From NCBI GenBank assembly GCA_963806225.1, contig CAWDXG010000001.1:416001-480000 (forward strand): 64,000 bases of DNA. The letters run 5' to 3'. Shown here piece by piece: positions 49,327 to 58,781 of this stretch (position 1 is the stretch's first letter; the number at the start of each line of letters is the position of its first letter). The position numbers and the translations under genes are program-made. The notes under the pieces were generated by a model, which saw only the letters and a list, made by a program, of their open reading frames with translations, was not told the origin of the DNA and ran no database searches. Source of the DNA: an uncultured delta proteobacterium. GTDB lineage: Bacteria > Myxococcota_A > Polyangia > Polyangiales > Polyangiaceae.

Positions 49327-50685
49327 TCACGACAATCCGTAGCGATCGAGCTTGCGGTAGAGCGTCCTGCGGTCGAAGCCGAGGAGCTTCGCCGCCTGGG
49401 TCTTGTTGCCCGCGACGGCCTTGAGCACGCGCTGGATGTAGCGCCGCTCGACCTCGTTCATGTTGAGTAGGTCGCTCGGGTCGTCGCTGGCCACCACCAC
49501 GTGCGAGCTCTGGTAGTTCCGGATCTTCTCCGGCAGGTCCTCGACCGTGATCTGGTCGAAGCGCGTGAGGGCCACGGCGCGCTCCATGCAGTTCTCCAGC
49601 TCGCGCACGTTGCCCGGCCACTCGTAGCCGAGCAGCTTCTCGGCTGCGGCGCTGACCAGACCGACGACGTTCTTGTTCGAACGCGACGCCGCGCGCTCGA
49701 TGAAGTGCTGGGCGAGCAGCAGCACGTCGTTGCCCCGGGCCCGGAGCGGCGGCACCTCCACGCGGACGACGTTGATCCGGTAGTACAGGTCCTCGCGGAA
49801 CTTCTTCTCGGAAACCTCGGTTTCCAGATCGCGATTGGTGGCCGTCACCAGCCGTGCATCGAACGCCAGCTCGCTGTTGCCGCCGACGGGTCGCACCTTC
49901 CGCTCCTGCAGCGAGCGCAAGAGCTTCGGCTGCATTCCGAGCGGCAGCTCGGCCACCTCGTCGAGGAACAGCGTGCCGCCGCTGGCCTGGATGAACAGGC
50001 CGGCCCGCGACTGGCGCGCGTCGGTGAACGCGCCTTTGGCGTGACCGAAAAGCTCGCTTTCCAGCAGTGTTTCCGGCACTGCGGCGCAGTTGACGGCGAC
50101 GAAAGGCCCGCTGCTGCGCGCGCTGCGGGCATGCAGCGCCTTGGCGACGAGCTCCTTGCCCGTTCCGCTCTCGCCGGTGATGAGCACGTTGGCGTCGCTG
50201 TCGGCAACGCGAGTGACAAGGTCGTTGACCTTCCGCATCGCGGCGCTGCTGCCGATCATGTCGTCGAACTGGCGGGTCGCGTCCACCGCCTCGCGCAGCC
50301 GCTTGACCTCTTCCTTGAGCGAGCGATGCTGCACGGCACGTTCCACCACCAGCGCCAGGGCGTCCATCTCCACCGGTTTCGTGATGAAGTCGTAGGCGCC
50401 GGCGCGGATGGCACCGACGGCCGTTTCCATACTGCCGAAAGCGGTCACGACGACAACCGGGATGTCGGGACGGCTCGAGACGATGCGCTCGCACAACTCG
50501 AGGCCGTTCATGTCCCGCATGTTCAGGTCGGTGAGCACCGCATCGAACTCCTGCCCGTCCAGGAGGCGGAAGCCCTCGTCGGCGGAAGTCCGCCACTCGG
50601 TCTCGAAGCCCTTGTGCGAAAGTGACTCGTCGATGAGCTCGCACATGCTCTGGTCATCATCGATGATCAGGACTCGGCCGTTCAT
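49327..50685 (-). CDS. sigma54-dependent NtrC-family response regulator
   Basis: REC (IIDDD, LTDLNM, FITKP), GESGTGKE, GAFTDA, LFLDEV, WPGNVREL, Fis-type HTH. Confidence 0.96.
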   Translation of the reverse strand: MNGRVLIIDDDQSMCELIDESLSHKGFETEWRTSADEGFRLLDGQEFDAVLTDLNMRDMNGLELCERIVSSRPDIPVVVVTAFGSMETAVGAIRAGAYDFITKPVEMDALALVVERAVQHRSLKEEVKRLREAVDATRQFDDMIGSSAAMRKVNDLVTRVADSDANVLITGESGTGKELVAKALHARSARSSGPFVAVNCAAVPETLLESELFGHAKGAFTDARQSRAGLFIQASGGTLFLDEVAELPLGMQPKLLRSLQERKVRPVGGNSELAFDARLVTATNRDLETEVSEKKFREDLYYRINVVRVEVPPLRARGNDVLLLAQHFIERAASRSNKNVVGLVSAAAEKLLGYEWPGNVRELENCMERAVALTRFDQITVEDLPEKIRNYQSSHVVVASDDPSDLLNMNEVERRYIQRVLKAVAGNKTQAAKLLGFDRRTLYRKLDRYGLS

Positions 50686-50905
50686 GCGTCTAGCCTCTGC
50701 AGTTCGTGTTGGGGATTGTCGGGAAGGGGCTGTGCGGGCAGCGGGGGACCGGGCGCGTCGGCCTCGGTTGTCACGTAACCACGCGAATCCGGGTGCGCAT
50801 CCTCCACCGTCCGGGGCCGCCCCGTCCAGGCCGGGATACTCTCGGTCGCCCACGGTAGCAAGCGTCGTGCCGGTCAATCGAACGAGCGGCCAGAGCCGCG
50901 GTCCG

Positions 50906-53146
50906 TCAGGCCCGGGACTCCACGCTGGAGAGCACTTTCTCCAACCCGTCGAGATCCAGCGGCTTCACCATGTGCTCGTCGAAGCCGGCCTCGAGGGCAC
51001 GGCGGCGGTCCTCCGGTTGCCCGTAGCCCGTGAGTGCGATGAGCCGGATGCTGGACGCCTCCCGCTCCGCCCGCACGCGTTCGGCCACCTCGAAACCGCT
51101 GACGACCGGCAGGCCGAGATCGACCAAAGCGATGTCCGGATGCAGGTGGAGCGCCTTCTCGATGCCGACGCGACCGTCCTCGGCGACGATGACATCGTGA
51201 CCGAGCAGCACGAGTAGCTCGCGGAGCATGTCGCGCGCGTCGGCGTTGTCCTCGACGATCAGGATCTTGAGCCTGCGCTTGCCGTCCGCTTCTTCGCCGG
51301 CAGCCGAGGTTGCCCGCAGCGACGAAGGGTGCTCGAGCGACACTGGTTCCGCTTCGATCGCCGGCAGGTGCACCGAGAACTCGCTGCCCTGGTTCTCGCC
51401 CGGGCTGTGAGCCGTGATGTGTCCGCCGTGCAGCTCGATCAACCGCTTGGCCAGCGTCAGCCCTATCCCCAGACCGCCCTGCGCGCGGGTCTTGGCTTTG
51501 TCCGTCTGCGCGAAGAGCTCGAAGATACCCTCGAGCTGTGCGGGCGCGATGCCGATGCCCGTGTCGATCACGCGCACGACCGCCTCGCCCGGCGGCTCGC
51601 CGACCGACGGATCCAGCTCGACGACGAGTCGGATCTTCCCGCCGGTGGGGGTGTACTTGATGGCGTTGCTGAGCAGGTTGGCGATCACCTGCTCGAGCCG
51701 CACCAGGTCGCCGTCCACCACGACAGGCTCGGCGGGAACCTCGAGAGCGAGCTCCTGCCCGTGATCCTCGGCACGGGCCGCCATGTCGCCCAGCGCCCGT
51801 CGTGCGATCTGGGCGAGATCGACCGGCTGCTGCTGCAGCCGGACGTTGCCGGTGCTGAAGCGCGACACGTCGAGCAGGTCGTCGACCAGGCGCGTCTGCA
51901 GCCTGACCTGGCGCGCGGCCACGTCGAGGTAGCGGTTCAATGCGGCCTTGTCCATCTTGCCGAGGCGCATCACACGGATGATGTTGACCAGCGCACCAAC
52001 CGGGTTGCGCAGCTCGTGACCGAGCATCGCGATGAACTCGTCCTTGGCCTGGTTGGCGCGTCGCAGCGCCTCCCGTGACTTTTCGGCCTCCGCCTTGGAG
52101 CGTTCGGCTTCCGCGCGGGCGCGGGTCTCGAACCAGGTGACCGCGGTGATGAGCAGGGTGACCATGAGCCCGGCCAGCAACACCAGCGGCGGGTTGCCGC
52201 GGTGCGATGCGGCGTCGAACCGCGGCGTCGACGCGAAGTCGAGCGTCCAGGTCCGCCCCGCCACCTGGATCCGGCGCGAGCCCCGCATGTAGGGGTTGTC
52301 CTGGTGCACGTCCTGACCGGCGCTGAATAACAGCGTGCCGGGCGTGGCGCGCGTCCCGTCGTACACGTTGAAGGCGAGCTGTGCCGCCGAGTGCTCGGCG
52401 AAGATCCCGCGCAGCAGATCGCGCACGCGGAACGGGCTGTAGACGAAGCCCTTCAACTTCCTGCGACGCTGCTCGACCGTCGCAGGAACGCCGGCGGACC
52501 CGTACACCGGAGTGAAGACGATGAAGCCGGGCTCCGTGCTGTCGCTCCCCTGTTCTTCCAGCGGGACCTCGGCCGTTGCCGCGGCCTTTCCGGTGTCGCG
52601 TGCGCGCTGCATTGCCTCTCGCCGCCGCGGCTCGCTCGCCATGTCGTAGCCGAGCGAGTCCTTGTTGCCGTGGTCGAGCGGCTCGATGAGCAGCACGGGT
52701 TGCCGCACCGGATGACCGCTGCTCGGGAACAAGCGGAAATCCGGTCGCCCGCTCTGGCGCACGCCGAGAACGAAATCAGCCTGCTGGGAGGCGAAAACCG
52801 TCGGGCTCCAGCCGATCCCGCGGTTTCCGGGGAAACGGCTGGAGAGCTCCAGGTGCCCGACGAAGGCGTGGAACTCGGGGCGCGAAACCGGAGCGGCGGC
52901 GGCGAACAGGCCGGCGCTCGCCTGAAGCGCGTCCAGATACGTCTTCATGCGCTCCTGGATCGCGTCCTGGGTGGCGGTCACGGAGTCGTCGAAGCGCGCT
53001 CGATCCCGATCGCCTGCCGTGCGGGCGACAAACGCCGTGACGCTGCCCGTCACGACAAGTCCGACGAGCAGCAGAATGGCTGGGGCCAAGGCGCTCCGGA
53101 AACGCGAAGGCGGAGCCGAAGCCAGCGGGGAACGCTCTTTCAGCAC
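50906..53146 (-). CDS. CHASE-domain hybrid histidine kinase
   Basis: TM-CHASE (LGYDM..RREAM..ARDTG)-TM; LGHELRNP; NLLSNAIKYT; DTGIG; GGLGIGL; C-terminal REC. Confidence 0.95.
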   Translation of the reverse strand: MLKERSPLASAPPSRFRSALAPAILLLVGLVVTGSVTAFVARTAGDRDRARFDDSVTATQDAIQERMKTYLDALQASAGLFAAAAPVSRPEFHAFVGHLELSSRFPGNRGIGWSPTVFASQQADFVLGVRQSGRPDFRLFPSSGHPVRQPVLLIEPLDHGNKDSLGYDMASEPRRREAMQRARDTGKAAATAEVPLEEQGSDSTEPGFIVFTPVYGSAGVPATVEQRRRKLKGFVYSPFRVRDLLRGIFAEHSAAQLAFNVYDGTRATPGTLLFSAGQDVHQDNPYMRGSRRIQVAGRTWTLDFASTPRFDAASHRGNPPLVLLAGLMVTLLITAVTWFETRARAEAERSKAEAEKSREALRRANQAKDEFIAMLGHELRNPVGALVNIIRVMRLGKMDKAALNRYLDVAARQVRLQTRLVDDLLDVSRFSTGNVRLQQQPVDLAQIARRALGDMAARAEDHGQELALEVPAEPVVVDGDLVRLEQVIANLLSNAIKYTPTGGKIRLVVELDPSVGEPPGEAVVRVIDTGIGIAPAQLEGIFELFAQTDKAKTRAQGGLGIGLTLAKRLIELHGGHITAHSPGENQGSEFSVHLPAIEAEPVSLEHPSSLRATSAAGEEADGKRRLKILIVEDNADARDMLRELLVLLGHDVIVAEDGRVGIEKALHLHPDIALVDLGLPVVSGFEVAERVRAEREASSIRLIALTGYGQPEDRRRALEAGFDEHMVKPLDLDGLEKVLSSVESRA

Positions 53147-53268
53147 AAACTACCCTCACTCCCGTAAGGTCATCCGGCGTCCGTGGCAACGTCGTCAGGC
53201 GAGATTTTTTGTTTGGCGTTTGGCTTGCGCGAGGTCCTCGGCGACCCTATCCCCGCTGAAGAAGCCCG

Positions 53269-54093
53269 ATGCCTGGAGGCCCCCACCGCAAACGCGACGC
53301 GCCGAGCCCTTCCACTGCTGGGGCGGAGGAAGAGCTCGACCCAGCCCTGGCGCTCGATCGATTGCGCGGCGAGGAGCGTCGCGCGGCGATCGGCCGGGTC
53401 GTCTCCACGCTCTCCCACGCGCTCGGCACGCCGCTGAACGTGATTTCGGGTCGGGCGGCGATGATGGGGATGCGCGACCTGAGCCCGGAGCAGCTCGTCG
53501 ACAATGCGCGCATCATCGGCGAGCAGGTCCGCTCCATCACGGGGATATTGAACCGCGTGCTGGCCTACTCCCGTGAAGGCTGGCCGGGCCCGGTGCCGAC
53601 GGCTCTCTCGGCACTCACCCGGAGCCTCGTGACGTTGCTCCGCCCGATCGCACAGGCGCGCGACATACGGCTCGAGCTCGGCGAGGTGCACGAGATCGCC
53701 GCCCGCGTGCACGGTCCGCGCATCGAGCAGGTGCTGGTCAACCTGCTGACGTTCGGGATGACGGCGGTCGAGCGCGGCGGGCGTGTTTCGTTGTCCCTGG
53801 TGGAGGCTGAGCTGGAGCCGCCGGGGCGCGAGCGCGGTCGCGCCGTGGCAGGTCCATGCGCCCGCTTCGACGTGAGGCTGCATGGCGTAGCGCTGCCCGA
53901 GCCCGACTACGAGCATGTGTATGGCCCGTGGCTCGGGCCGGAAGCGGGCACACCGGAAGAGCGGGCGCTGGCGATGCTGTACGCCGTCGCTTTCGGCATC
54001 GCGCGCGAGCACCGCGCGTGGGTGGAGCTCCACGTGGAGCCGGGGACAGCTTCGACGTTCTCGCTGTGCTGGCCGCTCGGCGGCGGCGTGTGA
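53269..54093 (+). CDS. Histidine-kinase-like protein with degenerate ATPase domain
   Basis: H-box LSHALGTPLNVI; N, G1 and G2 boxes degenerate; no sensor domain; start uncertain. Confidence 0.75.
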   Translation: MPGGPHRKRDAPSPSTAGAEEELDPALALDRLRGEERRAAIGRVVSTLSHALGTPLNVISGRAAMMGMRDLSPEQLVDNARIIGEQVRSITGILNRVLAYSREGWPGPVPTALSALTRSLVTLLRPIAQARDIRLELGEVHEIAARVHGPRIEQVLVNLLTFGMTAVERGGRVSLSLVEAELEPPGRERGRAVAGPCARFDVRLHGVALPEPDYEHVYGPWLGPEAGTPEERALAMLYAVAFGIAREHRAWVELHVEPGTASTFSLCWPLGGGV

Positions 54094-54114
54094 ACGAGAC
54101 CCGCCGGAACGGAG

Positions 54115-54963
54115 CTACTTGAACGGCAGGTCGAGGGTCATCCCCTCGCTCGCCACCACGAGCGTGGTCGACTGCGTGTGCTCGCCGATCCAGTGGGCCG
54201 CGCGCCTGCCGACCTCGTCGAGCGCCGCGTCGCTGCGGTCCGGATCGTGGTGGAACAGGGCCAGCGTATGCGGTGCGGCCAGAACCCCGAGCCTCAGCAC
54301 GTCGTCGACCACTGAATGTCCCCAGCCCAGCTTGGCGGGCATGTCCGCCTGGATGTACTGCGAGTCGTGGATCATCAGGTCCACGCCCTCCGCGAAGCGC
54401 GCGAGGACGTCGGGCGACGAGATCGGCCCGCCCGGAGCCGACAACTCGTTGTCGGTCAGGTAGGCGATCGAGGAGCCGTCGTCGTCGTCGATACGGAAAC
54501 CCTGCGCGCTGCCGGGGTGGTTCAGCGCGATGCGCTGGATGCGCGCCGACCCGATGCGCCACGTCGAGCCCTCCGGACGCATGAACTCCACCTTTGCCGG
54601 GATGTCGTTTGCGCTTACGGGAAAGTGGATGTCGTCGAAGATGGTGCGCTGGAAGCGTTCCTGCGCGTCCGTGGCCAGAGGGTAGATGAGAAGCTCGGTT
54701 TCCCGCTTCCACAACGGGCCGAAGAACGGCAGCCCCAGGATGTGATCCCAGTGCGTATGGGAAAGAAGCAGGTTGACCGGCGAGGAGTGATGCGCGCCGA
54801 GCAGAGCGTCGCCCAGCTTCCGCATGCCGGTGCCCGCGTCGAGCACGATGATCGTCCCGTCGCCCAGGCGCACGTCCACGCAGGAGGTATTGCCGCCGTA
54901 GCGTGCGGTCTCCGGACCAGGTGCCGGGACCGACCCGCGGACTCCGTAGAAGCGTACGCGCAT
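54115..54963 (-). CDS. MBL-fold metallo-hydrolase (phosphodiesterase-like)
   Basis: GVRGS, YGGNTSC, DAGTG, SHTHWDH, HDSQY, WGHS, FHHDP. Confidence 0.92.
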   Translation of the reverse strand: MRVRFYGVRGSVPAPGPETARYGGNTSCVDVRLGDGTIIVLDAGTGMRKLGDALLGAHHSSPVNLLLSHTHWDHILGLPFFGPLWKRETELLIYPLATDAQERFQRTIFDDIHFPVSANDIPAKVEFMRPEGSTWRIGSARIQRIALNHPGSAQGFRIDDDDGSSIAYLTDNELSAPGGPISSPDVLARFAEGVDLMIHDSQYIQADMPAKLGWGHSVVDDVLRLGVLAAPHTLALFHHDPDRSDAALDEVGRRAAHWIGEHTQSTTLVVASEGMTLDLPFK

Positions 54964-55188
54964 CGCGCCACACTGTATCAGCCTCTCGTCGCGTGGCGCA
55001 TTTTCCTGATTGCGGTCCGTCCGCGGAGGCGGGTGGTCGCTCCCGCCCGGGAAAATCCGGCCTCCACGGCCCGGAGGCCAGCCAGCCGCGTGCCCAGCCC
55101 CCCCGCCGCTCCGGAACGCGAAACCGGCGGCTGGACGCGCGGCGATGCGTGCTGGCGGTCGCCCCGAGGAGGGTTAGATTCGCTATCG

Positions 55189-56016
55189 ATGATCAGCGCG
55201 GAGGACAGACAGCCCGCGGTTGCCGGTCGCTTCTATCCGGGAGATCCCGCTCGCCTGGGCGAGGACGTGGCGCGTCTGCTCGGTGACACGCGGAAGGAGC
55301 CTGGGCGCGAGGCGTACGCCTTGATGGCGCCGCACGCAGGCTACGTCTACAGCGGTGCGGTCGCGGGCGCGACGTACGCGCGGGTCCGGGTGCCGTCGCA
55401 GGCGGTCGTGCTGTGCCCGAACCACACCGGGCGCGGGGTGCGTCGCTCGTTGTGGAGCAGTGGACAATGGAACATGCCGGGAGGCGCGGTGCCCATTGCG
55501 GGCGACCTCGCCCGCGCGATCCGCGATGCGGCGGATCTGGACGACGATCACGCGGCCCATCTCGGAGAGCATGCCATCGAGGTCCAGCTCCCGTTCCTGC
55601 AGGGGCGCCGCTCCGACGTTTCCATCGTGCCGATCTGCCTGGCGGGGCTCTCGCTCGGCGAGTGCCACGAGCTCGGCGAAGGCCTGGCGCGTGCGATCTC
55701 GGCGTCGCCCGGGGGTGCGCGAGGCACACTACTCGTCGCAAGCTCGGACATGTCGCACTACGTGCCCGCGGACGTTGCCAAGCGGCTCGACAGCCTGGCG
55801 CTCGATCGCGTGGGCGCGCTGGACCCCGACGGGCTGTACGATGTCGTGACGCGTCACGACATCTCGATGTGCGGCTTCATCCCGATGACGGTCGCGCTGG
55901 TCGCGGCCCTCCGGCTCGGGGCTACGGGCGCCGAGCTCGTGCGCTACGCGAATTCCGGAGACGCTTCCGGCGACTACCAGAGCGTTGTCGGCTACGCGGG
56001 CGTCGTCGTCTACTGA
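55189..56016 (+). CDS. amrB: AmmeMemoRadiSam system protein B (MEMO1 family)
   Basis: RQPAVAGRFYP, PHAGYVYSG, PNHTG, EHAIEVQLPFL, SSDMSHY, SMCG, VVGYAG. Confidence 0.93.
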   Translation: MISAEDRQPAVAGRFYPGDPARLGEDVARLLGDTRKEPGREAYALMAPHAGYVYSGAVAGATYARVRVPSQAVVLCPNHTGRGVRRSLWSSGQWNMPGGAVPIAGDLARAIRDAADLDDDHAAHLGEHAIEVQLPFLQGRRSDVSIVPICLAGLSLGECHELGEGLARAISASPGGARGTLLVASSDMSHYVPADVAKRLDSLALDRVGALDPDGLYDVVTRHDISMCGFIPMTVALVAALRLGATGAELVRYANSGDASGDYQSVVGYAGVVVY

Positions 56017-56081
56017 CGGCGCCGGGGTATCGCCGCACTCGACGTGGACTCGCCGCGTTGTTAGCTTTGTCCATCGAAGCC

Positions 56082-56648
56082 ATGTCCAGCCTAGCCCCGG
56101 GATTCCTGGTTGCCGCACCGCCGCTCGGCGATCCGAACTTCGACCGCTCCGTTGTATTGCTCGCGGCGCACGGTCCCGATGGTGCGTTCGGCTGGATCGT
56201 CAACGGTCCCGAGCTGATGACGCTGCCGGAACTGCTGGTCCGCGCGGAGATCACCACCGAGCACATCGACGCCGCGCTGGGCTCGGTCCGCATGGGAGGG
56301 CCGGTCAGCCAGGAGCAGGTCTGGCTGGTGTACCGCAGCGAAGATCGCTTCGACGGTATCGAAGGGCAGTTCGACGTGGGCGACGGCATCGTGGCTTCCG
56401 CGTCGCGCAAGGTGCTGGAGGCCGTCGCAGGCGGGAATTCTCCTGCGAGCCTGGTCGGGCTGGTCGGCTATGCGGGGTGGGCGCCATCGCAGCTGGAAGA
56501 CGAAATCCGTGCCGGCGCCTGGCTGCCGACGGATATCGACCCCTCCATCGTGTTCGATGTACCGCGCGACGAGGTGTGGACGGCGGCCTACGCCCACGTC
56601 GGCATGACGCCGATCGCGTTCACGGCGCGCATCGTCGGCTCCGCCTGA
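56082..56648 (+). CDS. YqgE/AlgH family protein
   Basis: LVAAP.L.DPNFDRSVV, GGPV, GYAGWAPSQLEDEI. Confidence 0.93.
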   Translation: MSSLAPGFLVAAPPLGDPNFDRSVVLLAAHGPDGAFGWIVNGPELMTLPELLVRAEITTEHIDAALGSVRMGGPVSQEQVWLVYRSEDRFDGIEGQFDVGDGIVASASRKVLEAVAGGNSPASLVGLVGYAGWAPSQLEDEIRAGAWLPTDIDPSIVFDVPRDEVWTAAYAHVGMTPIAFTARIVGSA

Positions 56649-56660
56649 GTCAGCGCGAGC

Positions 56661-57617
56661 ATGCTGCGGCGCATCCTTGCCCTCTGTCTCGTTGGGCTGG
56701 CATCGAGCACGGCGTTCCCGAGCGCGTTCGCGCGAGGCGCCGCCGCTGTCGGCCCGGGTTCGGCGCCGGGCGGTGCGCGGCATGTCGCTCCGTCGCCGGT
56801 CGTGGATGCCGGGGCCGTTCCCGCGCCGGCGCGGCCCCGGCCGCGCGCGGCAGAGCGGCAGGTTCGTGGCTGTCCGGCATCGATGGTTCGCGTCGAGGAC
56901 TACTGCGTCGACCGCTTCGAGGTCTCGATGGTGGACCGGAAGACCGACGAGCCGCTGTCGCCCTACTACCCGCCGCAGCCCGTGCTGCTCAGGCGCGTGC
57001 GCGAGGTGTGGCAATCGGAGCGCTTCGAGGAGGGGAGCGAGAGCGCGACCGGAATGCCCCTGCCGGACCTGTCGAACTGGCAGACGACGCATCGTTTCCA
57101 GCCCAAGGCGGTGAGCGTGCGCGGCGTCGTGCCGCAGGGCTACCTCTCGTACTACACCGCGAAAGAAGCGTGCGAGAACGCGGGCAAGCGTCTGTGCACG
57201 CACGACGAGTGGGTGACGGCCTGCGAGGGCGCGCGGCACACGCGCTTTCCCTACGGGGACCGCTTCGATCGCTCGAAGTGCAACGTGTACCGGTACTACC
57301 ACCCCGCGTACGTGCTGCACGACAACTCGTCGATAGGTCACACCGATCCGCGCCTCAACCTCGTTGTCGAACACGGTCGCGACCCGGTGCTGCGCAACAC
57401 CGGCGCTACCCGCAGCTGCGCCAGCCGTTGGGGCAAGGACCGCATCTACGACATGGTCGGCAACCTCGACGAGTGGGTGGAGGACAAGGGCGGGATGTTC
57501 GTCGGCGGGTTCTATGCGCGGGGCACGACGAAGGGTTGCGAATCGAAGATCACCGTGCACGCCCGCGCCTACTACGACTACTCGCTCGGCACGCGGTGCT
57601 GCCGCGACGCGCGCTAG
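56661..57617 (+). CDS. Exported SUMF1/FGE-sulfatase-domain protein
   Basis: CPASMV..YCVDRFE, GKRLCTHDEW, DMVGNLDEW, GTRCC. Confidence 0.88.
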   Translation: MLRRILALCLVGLASSTAFPSAFARGAAAVGPGSAPGGARHVAPSPVVDAGAVPAPARPRPRAAERQVRGCPASMVRVEDYCVDRFEVSMVDRKTDEPLSPYYPPQPVLLRRVREVWQSERFEEGSESATGMPLPDLSNWQTTHRFQPKAVSVRGVVPQGYLSYYTAKEACENAGKRLCTHDEWVTACEGARHTRFPYGDRFDRSKCNVYRYYHPAYVLHDNSSIGHTDPRLNLVVEHGRDPVLRNTGATRSCASRWGKDRIYDMVGNLDEWVEDKGGMFVGGFYARGTTKGCESKITVHARAYYDYSLGTRCCRDAR

Positions 57618-58390
57618 GCGTCCGGGCTCCGATCCAGGTTCCGCGCGAGTCGCCCGAGCGCGGTGGTCAACCCGCGCCGACGCTCGGCTTTCGGCTCCGT
57701 TTCGCTCCAGCGCGACCAGTACACGAGCAGCAGCCGTTCCTCCAGCGTTCGCGGGGAGGGGAGAGTACGCAGGCACAGCACCGAGTCGCCGTCTTCCGGC
57801 CAGGACAGCGCGATGTCGCGCCCCGGGGTGTTGGCGAGCACCCTTCCGCCGATTCGATCGCCCCAGGGGCAGCGGAGCGCCACGCTGCTTCCGGTCGGGC
57901 CGATTGCTTCTCCGGTCCCCAGCCACGTCCCGAGGGCGGCGGCGTCCGAGAAGAACGCGTGGGCAGCCCCAGCCGTGGTGTGGGCTCGATCCAGCATCCA
58001 GATGGCGTGGCGATCCCGCCCAGGGTGGCTCGCGAGCGAATGCGCCAGAAGCGCGAGCGACAGCCGCCAGGAAGAGGCGACACCCTCGACGTCGTCACCG
58101 GGCTCGAGTCCCTCGTGCTCCAGCACGACCTGCTCCGGAGCGAAATAGAGCCGCACCTGCGACCCGCCGCTGTCGAACACGATCTCCTGGCGTTCGACAA
58201 GAGCGGCAACAGTGACGGAGAGACTGGTTCCCAGCGCGGGCCAGCCGAGATTGATCTGGCCATCGCGCTGCATCCGGCCCGTGACGACGTCGGCTTGCCA
58301 GCGCGCGAGCCCACGCGTTGTCGCGCACGCCTCCCACGCCCGCTCGAGCGGTGCGTCGATGCGCTGTTCCAGACGGAAGTCGAGGGTCAT
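57614..58390 (-). CDS. Tandem SRPBCC/AHSA1-domain protein
   Basis: IDAPLERAWEA..LARW, VVLEHEG..W; a second similar domain follows. Confidence 0.75.
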   Translation of the reverse strand: MTLDFRLEQRIDAPLERAWEACATTRGLARWQADVVTGRMQRDGQINLGWPALGTSLSVTVAALVERQEIVFDSGGSQVRLYFAPEQVVLEHEGLEPGDDVEGVASSWRLSLALLAHSLASHPGRDRHAIWMLDRAHTTAGAAHAFFSDAAALGTWLGTGEAIGPTGSSVALRCPWGDRIGGRVLANTPGRDIALSWPEDGDSVLCLRTLPSPRTLEERLLLVYWSRWSETEPKAERRRGLTTALGRLARNLDRSPDA

Positions 58391-58781
58391 CGGATCGAAA
58401 AGTGTGAGGAGCGCTGGGCTCGCCTTCCGCGCTCCAACCTGCCGCGGATCAAGCCGGGAGAGCCGCTCGCTACGGCGGCGGGATAGCCGCGATCTTCACC
58501 CAGGACGAAATCTTGTGTCGCGATTGAAGTCACGCTGATTGTTCCTGATCGAAGCGCCGCGCGTACTGGCGGCATGGCGAAACCGCGGTTTCATGCGTCT
58601 GTCGCCGCGACGCGTCGCGAGTCACGACCATAGCGCGCACGCTGATCGCGAGGAAGTCGACGCGTTCTGGCTGGCGGATCGATCGCGGAGAAACTAGAGT
58701 GCCATGTCTCCCGGCGCGGCGAGCCGTTCCCGCCTCGCGCGCAATTCCGGAAACACCTTGCTCTGCAGCGGAGGAATCCCG

